Below, piece after piece: positions 34,482 to 39,829 of a stretch of DNA of 39,829 nt. Each line of letters opens with the position of its first letter. Position 1 is the first letter of the stretch. The DNA is from a virus. Its lineage: Duplodnaviria; Caudoviricetes. Position numbers and translations under genes: made by a program. The notes beneath the pieces are model-generated. The model was not told where the DNA came from, searched no databases, and saw only the letters and a program-made list of their open reading frames with translations. Location of the stretch: the IMG/VR virus record IMGVR_UViG_3300031159_000077, positions 1-39,829 of that record; one strand, written 5' to 3'.

Positions 34482-34742
34482 TCACACGTGACGTTCCTTT
34501 CCGAATTGTGGTATAATGGCCCCAAAGAGCTTTCCAAAGCGCATCATCCGAGACGTCCGGCCTGCCCGCCGGGCGTTTCGCTTTTCTTCGCGCGCGAACC
34601 TGATCATCTTGCGCAGGTACGCTTCCATGTCCGCGCGCTTCGCGGGATCAATCCTGTCCGGATGCTTCCGGATCCAGCGGAGATTGTGCCGCGCGCGCCG
34701 GGCTGCCGCTTCGGCTTCGCGAGCCAGTGCATGCCTGTCCAA
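34482..34742 (-). CDS. Basic hypothetical protein
   Basis: GGAGGA RBS, TTG start MDRHALAREAE... Confidence 0.65.
   Translation of the reverse strand: MDRHALAREAEAAARRARHNLRWIRKHPDRIDPAKRADMEAYLRKMIRFAREEKRNARRAGRTSRMMRFGKLFGAIIPQFGKERHV
34509..34588 (+). ncRNA. Candidate short antisense RNA unit
   Basis: TGGTATAAT then ACGTCCGGC-CTGCCC-GCCGGGCGT hairpin plus T-rich tail. Confidence 0.45.
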
Positions 34743-34777
34743 CTTTGCAATCCTCCTTCCCGAAGTTCGTCCTATTC

Positions 34778-35038
34778 TCACGCGGCCCCGACCATGCCGA
34801 GAATCGTCTGCATGATCGTGAGGCCGTCCAGGCCGCAAAAATACGCGACCATCACCTCATGCGCGTTCGTCTCACGGAGCCATCGAAGGAAGGTCGTTGC
34901 CGTCGGTTCCTTTGCTCCCGTCTCGAACTTCGAGATGTCCGACTGGTTGTAATGGAGACGGTCGGCCAGTTCTTCCTGACTCAGCCCCGCGCGAACGCGT
35001 ACTGCCTTCAGAATTGCGCCGATTCCAAGGTCCTTCAC
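34778..35038 (-). CDS. XRE-family HTH regulator
   Basis: LKAVRVRAGLSQEELADRLHYNQSDISKFETG. Confidence 0.88.
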   Translation of the reverse strand: MKDLGIGAILKAVRVRAGLSQEELADRLHYNQSDISKFETGAKEPTATTFLRWLRETNAHEVMVAYFCGLDGLTIMQTILGMVGAA

Positions 35039-35123
35039 GTTCACCTCCCCCTTCATTCCATCCTGGAATGGCGCAGGAGGCATCTCGTGCTGTATTCTGT
35101 TTTCTGGTCACCCCCCTGCACCC

Positions 35124-35357
35124 TTAGGCCGCCGGTGGCGGGGTATCATCGGCGGCCACCGCCTTTTCACGCAGCTGGCGGAACGCATGGATCATGTTGA
35201 GAGCGCTGTCCGCCCGTTCGGTCGGCGGCATGGTGCTTTTCAGAATCGCTTCCACCGCGCCGATGAGGCCGGCGTATGAGACAGGCGCTGAGATCAGATC
35301 TTCCATTTCCAGCAGGAGATCGCGGCACGTTTCGATTGTCCACATTGCCATCACCAC
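35124..35357 (-). CDS. Hypothetical protein
   Basis: Operon position, AAGGTGG RBS. Confidence 0.55.
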   Translation of the reverse strand: MVMAMWTIETCRDLLLEMEDLISAPVSYAGLIGAVEAILKSTMPPTERADSALNMIHAFRQLREKAVAADDTPPPAA

Positions 35358-35360
35358 CTT

Positions 35361-35579
35361 TCACATGGCGATCTCGAGCTGCTCGGGCTTGTCCAATTGC
35401 TGGCGGAGTCGCTCAAGCATCGCATCAGCACTTCGCCGAATGATGGCTCGCTCGGCTTCGCTGACTTGGGTGTGGCCGTTGGCCAGCGCGATGTCGACCG
35501 CTTCATCCAGTGGGATCCGCCACAGCCAGGCGCGGGTGGCAGCAGCGGAAGCGACAGCTTTGCGGCGGGCGTCATTCAT
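35361..35579 (-). CDS. Hypothetical protein
   Basis: GGAGG RBS before MNDARRK. Confidence 0.6.
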   Translation of the reverse strand: MNDARRKAVASAAATRAWLWRIPLDEAVDIALANGHTQVSEAERAIIRRSADAMLERLRQQLDKPEQLEIAM

Positions 35580-35727
35580 CGCTGGCCTCCTCGGCGTCAG
35601 CCAAACATGCGTATGCGGCCGTCGCGATCTCGGCGTCCACTGTTTCCCGTTCCTCAGGCGTCTTCGAGATGAAAGCATCGTTGATGCGGACCACAGTGTT
35701 GCCGAACTGGTACTCCGCCACGATCAT
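35572..35727 (-). CDS. Hypothetical protein
   Basis: MIVAEYQFGNTVVRINDAFI..., typical small early gene after cro. Confidence 0.65.
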   Translation of the reverse strand: MIVAEYQFGNTVVRINDAFISKTPEERETVDAEIATAAYACLADAEEASDE

Positions 35728-35797
35728 CCCGGCATTCCCCCTTGGTGTATGGGTATGCCGATCGTCGCCAGGGACGGCCCTCATAACGAATCACCTC

Positions 35798-36052
35798 TCA
35801 GGCTGTTTCTGCAGCTCGCGATTTCGCTTGATTACTTCCGCACATTTCGTGCGGTTCAGGATCAAAAAAAATCTCCTGCACGGTTTTGTTGTAATAAGTT
35901 GCGAGTTTGAGCTTGATGTCATCGCGAGGAATCCGATGACCATTCTCGTACATTTGCAAAGCACTAACGCTGATCCCTACACTTCTAGCCACTTCTTCCC
36001 GGGGGGTCGAACCGCGCAGCTTGATAAGCCTTTCAGCGATCAATTGTCTCAT
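35798..36052 (-). CDS. Cro-like XRE HTH protein
   Basis: VARSVGISVSALQMYENGHRIP...VQEIFF; divergent from repressor. Confidence 0.9.
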   Translation of the reverse strand: MRQLIAERLIKLRGSTPREEVARSVGISVSALQMYENGHRIPRDDIKLKLATYYNKTVQEIFFDPEPHEMCGSNQAKSRAAETA

Positions 36053-36070
36053 CTGATCACTCCTTTCCCG

Positions 36071-36169
36071 CACGATTTGTGTTGTTGAATTTAATATATC
36101 ACCGCACATTTCGTGTTGTCAACACATTTCGTGCTCTTTTATTTTGAATCACACGTTACGTGTTATAAT
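36071..36169. promoter_or_regulatory. Genetic switch: divergent promoters with CAC-N5-GTG operators (36071, 36105, 36123, 36152; fifth copy at 35841 inside cro)
   Basis: CACATTTCGTG x3 exact plus two variants; TTGACA (minus, 36117-36122) with TGATATATT; TGTTATAAT (plus, 36161-36169). Confidence 0.85.
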
Positions 36170-36186
36170 TGAAAAAGGTGATCTTT

Positions 36187-36555
36187 ATGGTGTTTGGTCA
36201 AAGACTTCGATATCTCCGAGAAAGCAAAAAAATGACCCAAAAGGAATTGGCAAAAGCTCTCAATTCGAGTGAAAGCACAATAGGAATGTACGAACGTGGA
36301 GAGCGAGAGCCGAATTTTGAAACAGTGGGAAAAATTGCAAGTTATTTCGGTGTTTCAGTCGACTTTCTCCTCGGACACACGAATGATTCAACTCAAACGC
36401 AGCGAATTGTGCAGGATTATTCCCCGTTCCTCAAAGCAATAAAAGAAAAATATCCTGGCGTTAATATTGACGATCCGGAAGTTCAGCGGAAGCTGATGAA
36501 GGCGATTGATTTAGTGCTGGAGGATTACGCAGAGAAGCAAAAACGGCAACAATGA
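36187..36555 (+). CDS. CI/ImmR-like repressor (XRE HTH, no S24 autoprotease domain)
   Basis: FGQRLRYLRE..KMTQKELA...YERGEREP...VSVDFLLG; 122 aa. Confidence 0.92.
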   Translation: MVFGQRLRYLRESKKMTQKELAKALNSSESTIGMYERGEREPNFETVGKIASYFGVSVDFLLGHTNDSTQTQRIVQDYSPFLKAIKEKYPGVNIDDPEVQRKLMKAIDLVLEDYAEKQKRQQ

Positions 36556-36628
36556 GGTCGCAAAACTCGGAGACATCCACATCCTTCATTCCATCGATCC
36601 CGCTCAAAATTTTGCGAATTTTACCCAT
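36461..36628 (-). CDS. Uncalled 55-aa SOS-regulated protein, candidate antirepressor
   Basis: GGAGGT RBS at 36634-36639; MGKIRKILSGIDGMKDVDVSEFCDLIVAVFASLRNPPALNQSPSSASAELPDRQY. Confidence 0.62.
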   Translation of the reverse strand: MGKIRKILSGIDGMKDVDVSEFCDLIVAVFASLRNPPALNQSPSSASAELPDRQY

Positions 36629-36681
36629 CCGTGACCTCCAGATATTTTGAACGGAACACCAACGACGATAGTGGCAAGTTC

Positions 36682-36710
36682 ATTTTACGAACAGATGTTC
36701 GTATTTTCAA
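36682..36710 (-). promoter_or_regulatory. SigA promoter TTGAAA-N17-TAAAAT with perfect LexA box CGAACAGATGTTCG (36688-36701)
   Basis: Direct consensus match; same architecture as 227-254. Confidence 0.82.
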
Positions 36711-36783
36711 GTCAAATTGTTCGACAGAATTCAACAAAAAGCAAGTCCCCGATCCGATCGGGAACCTCCCCGATGTGATGTGT

Positions 36784-37461
36784 ATGGCAGCAAAGGCTTA
36801 TATTTTGTGCGATGTTTTAAAATTTTCGACTGAAATCTTCTCGGCACCCATTCAAGAAAGTCTCTTTGAGCATGAAGGCGAGCCGGAAATAAAGATCCAG
36901 CTTGCAAAAAGAGATTTTTATAACGGATTTGACCTATATAGATGCCACCATGACTTCAAAATTAAAATGCATGGTAAGGCATTCTATAAGTTTTTTAGCT
37001 ACTTCTTCCGCCCTGTGGACTTCTCTCTCTTCTATAACCCAAAAATAAAGATAGCCCTCATGTCAGTAAACTCCAAGATTGGGCTTGACTTTATGCAAAA
37101 ACTGAACAATTTTAACCACCATGAACTAAACCCTATTGAAGTTGATTTCAACTATATTCTTCCGAAGATCACAGAGATGACAGGAGTTTGGGTATCAAAG
37201 ATAAATCATGCTAACCTGAAATCCGCGGGTTATTTCGGACACCATGTCGATAAGAGCAAAGAAGTAGAAGAAGCAATTAAGGATGGAGTTCTGTCATCGG
37301 TACTCATAAAGTATATTTCTCCCACAACCAAAGAGGAACACACCATTTTGATAAGCAAAAAAGGGACTATCACGCTCTATGATACTTACAACCAAATAGA
37401 AGATGAATTAGATCTCGTCATGTCGGTTTACAATGACATAATCAAAAAGCCCGCTATTTAG
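36784..37461 (+). CDS. Low-GC hypothetical soluble protein (accessory cassette A; start uncertain, 36778 or 36784)
   Basis: About 225-aa AT-rich ORF; upstream extension overlaps regulatory DNA. Confidence 0.75.
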   Translation: MAAKAYILCDVLKFSTEIFSAPIQESLFEHEGEPEIKIQLAKRDFYNGFDLYRCHHDFKIKMHGKAFYKFFSYFFRPVDFSLFYNPKIKIALMSVNSKIGLDFMQKLNNFNHHELNPIEVDFNYILPKITEMTGVWVSKINHANLKSAGYFGHHVDKSKEVEEAIKDGVLSSVLIKYISPTTKEEHTILISKKGTITLYDTYNQIEDELDLVMSVYNDIIKKPAI

Positions 37462-37466
37462 CGGGC
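37444..37466. terminator. Hairpin containing both convergent stop codons
   Basis: AAAAA-GCCCGCTA-TT-TAGCGGGC. Confidence 0.6.
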
Positions 37467-38176
37467 GACAATGATAAATAGTGGGTTGATAATACTCTTA
37501 AGTGTTGCAATGAATCAGTATTTATTTCAATGCTGTCTTTGGTAACTGCCACACTGTCGTTTTCAACTTTGAATGTTACATGGAATCGTTGAACATCTTC
37601 TGCACTCAACCTTCGTACGAAGAAACCGAAATACGGATTGATTCCCTTAAACTCAACATTCAAACCATACTGGCCCGCATCCGGTTTCAGAACCATCTGC
37701 ATAGTTTCGAATAATGCGGACAGTTCATTTTCGATTAATTTTTTGGATCTTCGAAAGCTTACTTCCATGTCATGGATCGAAAAATATATCGTCCCTTTCT
37801 GTTCATCAACAGTTACTTCGAATCTCACTGACCCCAGTGTAAAAATCTTTCTTACATTACTCACGGTTAAGATATTGCTTATTTTTTTGTTTCTTGTTCT
37901 CAGAGCTTCCTCAATGCGGTTTAGCGCCATTCGTTCATACGAGCCCTCAAAAACAACCTGCATGTTCCAAAGGCAGTCCGGGTTTATGATATTGAACCAT
38001 ATTTTCTTGACAAGCAGGTAAATTGTCTCAGAATGAGACATGGTTAGCTGGATTGCAAACAACAGCCAACCCAAAATTACCGTTCCGTTAAAGGCCCAAT
38101 TTTCAGTATAGATCAGCGAGTAGACGAGCAACCCGAAAGCAATTAGCCAAACGGCCAATATCGCGGCTTTTTTCAT
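37454..38176 (-). CDS. Low-GC protein with two N-terminal TM helices (accessory cassette B)
   Basis: 240 aa from MKKAAILAVWL; GAGGTGG RBS. Confidence 0.8.
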   Translation of the reverse strand: MKKAAILAVWLIAFGLLVYSLIYTENWAFNGTVILGWLLFAIQLTMSHSETIYLLVKKIWFNIINPDCLWNMQVVFEGSYERMALNRIEEALRTRNKKISNILTVSNVRKIFTLGSVRFEVTVDEQKGTIYFSIHDMEVSFRRSKKLIENELSALFETMQMVLKPDAGQYGLNVEFKGINPYFGFFVRRLSAEDVQRFHVTFKVENDSVAVTKDSIEINTDSLQHLRVLSTHYLSLSPAK

Positions 38177-38207
38177 TGCTCCCACCTCGCAGTTTACCTC
38201 AAACTGT

Positions 38208-38247
38208 ATTATAAAATACTGTATGACCAGATACAATCATATGTTCG
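38208..38247. promoter_or_regulatory. SigA promoter TTGTAT-N17-TATAAT (minus) for the TM gene, overlapped by a degenerate LexA box CAATCATATGTTCG upstream of the integrase
   Basis: -10 at 38208-38213, -35 at 38231-38236, box at 38234-38247. Confidence 0.6.
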
Positions 38248-38263
38248 GTCATGGGTGATCAAA

Positions 38264-39829
38264 ATGCTTAATCGAGTCCAACTCGAACCAGGCGAATACT
38301 GGATGTACCTCCGCAAATCCCGCGCCGACATCGAAGCTGAAGCCCGCGGCGAAGGCGAGACGCTCAAGAAACATGAGCAGCTCCTGTACAAGCTCGCGAA
38401 GAGCCACGGAATCCTCATCACAGAAACGTTCCGGGAAATCGTGTCCGGTGAAAGCATCTACCACCGGCCGGAAATGTTGCGAATGATGGCTTTGATGGAA
38501 GAACGGCGCCCGAAGGGCGTCCTTGTTGTTGATATGGACCGCCTGGGACGTGGCGACATGCAGGAGCAGGGGCTCATTCTGGGCACGTTTCGACGTCTCG
38601 GTGTCAAAATCATCACGCCGCGCAAAATTTATGACCTGAACGATGAATTCGACGAGGAATATTCGGAGTTCGAGGCGTTCATGGCGCGGAAGGAACTGAA
38701 GATCATTACCCGCCGGCTACAGCGGGGCCGGGCTCTGTCCGTGGAAGCCGGAAACTATATCGCCACACGGCCGCCGTATGGTTATGAAATCATGGAACTC
38801 CCGGACGGCAGCCGAACGCTCCGGCCGCACCCGGGACAGGCGGATGTCGTGCGGCAGATTTTCCGCTGGTACACCAAGGAACAGATGGGATCCAGCAAGA
38901 TCGCCACGAAACTGAACGAGCTTGGCATCCCCTCCTACACCGGTCGCCACTGGATCCCGTCGGCTGTGATCACGATTCTGAAAAACGCAGTCTACGCCGG
39001 CCGGATCCAATGGAAGAAGAAAGAGCAGAAAAAGAGCCGGACGCCTGGCAAAAAGCGGGACACCCGGATGCGGGACCGGTCGGAGTGGATTGACGTGCCC
39101 GGAAAGCATGAGCCACTGGTCGACGAGGAGACGTTTCGCGCGGCTCAAGAGCGAATGAAAAGCCGTTATCACGTTCCTTACCAATTGGATGAAAACGGAC
39201 AGCCGAAAATCACCACAGCGCTCGCCGGCCTTGTGAAGTGCGCCAAATGCGGGAAAACGATGGTTTACCGTCCGTATACGCATCAGAAGCCACATCTTCG
39301 ATGCAATACACCTGGTTGTCCGACCCGGAGCACGCAGTATGAACTGGTCGAACGGCGGTTGGTGGAAAGCTTGGAGAAATGGTTGGCCTCATACCGGGTT
39401 CAATGGGGAAAACGAAAAAAAGAGGAGACGAGCCAAGCGATCGAATTCAAGGCATCGACACTCGCGGCCCTGGAGAGAGAGTTGAACGAGCTGGAGCACC
39501 AAAAAGGGAGACTGTTCGATTTCCTCGAAAGAGGAATTTACACCGAGGAAGTTTTTCTGGAACGTTCGCAGAACCTCTCTCAAAGGATCCAGCACACGCA
39601 AGAGGCCATCGAGCGAGTCAAGCAGGAGCTCAAGGAAGAGAAGCAACGGCAGCGGGCCCGGCAAAATGTGATCCCGCTGGTCGAGAACGTCATCAAAACG
39701 TATTACAGAACCAAGGATCCGGTCAAGCGCAACGCGCTTCTGAAGTCCGTGCTGCACCATGCGGTGTACAACAAAGAAAAACACCAGCGCGGCGACGATT
39801 TCACGCTGGAGCTCTTCCCCCGCGTGTGA
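38264..39829 (+). CDS. Large serine recombinase (integrase)
   Basis: YLRKS catalytic Ser; RPEM; DRLGRG; PPYGY; HEPLVDEETF; CAKCG zinc ribbon; coiled coil. Confidence 0.96.
   Translation: MLNRVQLEPGEYWMYLRKSRADIEAEARGEGETLKKHEQLLYKLAKSHGILITETFREIVSGESIYHRPEMLRMMALMEERRPKGVLVVDMDRLGRGDMQEQGLILGTFRRLGVKIITPRKIYDLNDEFDEEYSEFEAFMARKELKIITRRLQRGRALSVEAGNYIATRPPYGYEIMELPDGSRTLRPHPGQADVVRQIFRWYTKEQMGSSKIATKLNELGIPSYTGRHWIPSAVITILKNAVYAGRIQWKKKEQKKSRTPGKKRDTRMRDRSEWIDVPGKHEPLVDEETFRAAQERMKSRYHVPYQLDENGQPKITTALAGLVKCAKCGKTMVYRPYTHQKPHLRCNTPGCPTRSTQYELVERRLVESLEKWLASYRVQWGKRKKEETSQAIEFKASTLAALERELNELEHQKGRLFDFLERGIYTEEVFLERSQNLSQRIQHTQEAIERVKQELKEEKQRQRARQNVIPLVENVIKTYYRTKDPVKRNALLKSVLHHAVYNKEKHQRGDDFTLELFPRV

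Larger units (their letters stand above)
1..39829. mobile_element. Temperate prophage with contractile tail (att sites outside the window)
   Basis: Complete modular order integrase-immunity-replication-packaging-head-tail-lysis. Confidence 0.97.

Noticed and set aside
35050-36595. 13-bp match CCTTCATTCCATC at 35050 and 36583
   Set aside because: Single short match compatible with chance; the CATTCCA-TCC-TGGAATG palindrome exists only at the first site
36631-36777. N-terminal extension of the 276-aa ORF
   Set aside because: Occupied by an opposite-strand promoter, LexA box and RBS; start moved to 36778/36784
36169-38260. Arbitrium (aimR/aimP) or ImmA protease in the immunity region
   Set aside because: No TPR-sized receptor, signal-peptide propeptide or HExxH metalloprotease seen
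1-39829. attL/attR, tRNA, rRNA, IS elements, introns or inteins
   Set aside because: None recognised; the window is trimmed to terminal stop codons, and terminase and helicase have normal length

Overview
Near-complete temperate prophage (about 40 kb, GC-rich). The host is most likely a Paenibacillaceae-type Bacillota, inferred from SigA promoters, GGAGG RBSs and Cheo/LexA boxes. The tail is contractile (myovirus-like). Almost all genes lie on the minus strand. From right to left: large serine integrase, a low-GC convergent two-gene accessory cassette, CI/Cro switch with five operators, early genes, SbcC-like ATPase/RecT-like/MBL nuclease recombination trio, initiator with iteron origin, helicase loader and DnaB, Holliday junction resolvase, DNA-modification cluster (C5 MTase, PAPS-reductase-like, Dam), ASCH, ArpU late activator, tyrosine recombinase, packaging/head/tail/baseplate genes, lysis cassette and an SOS-boxed small gene. 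The att sites are not visible because the window ends at gene stops. Main hidden signals: (1) a MuF minor capsid protein with a C-terminal extension followed by an uncalled 52-aa ORF, a candidate toxin/immunity pair; (2) an uncalled LexA-boxed 55-aa ORF convergent into the repressor, a candidate SOS antirepressor; (3) a C5 methyltransferase with a nested out-of-frame gene carrying motif IX; (4) three antisense promoter-hairpin micro-units; (5) the low-GC convergent pair, a candidate defence system; (6) paired dif-like sites next to the tyrosine recombinase; (7) a phosphodiester glycosidase-amidase fusion endolysin. All family calls are from motif recognition by eye; no database search was run.
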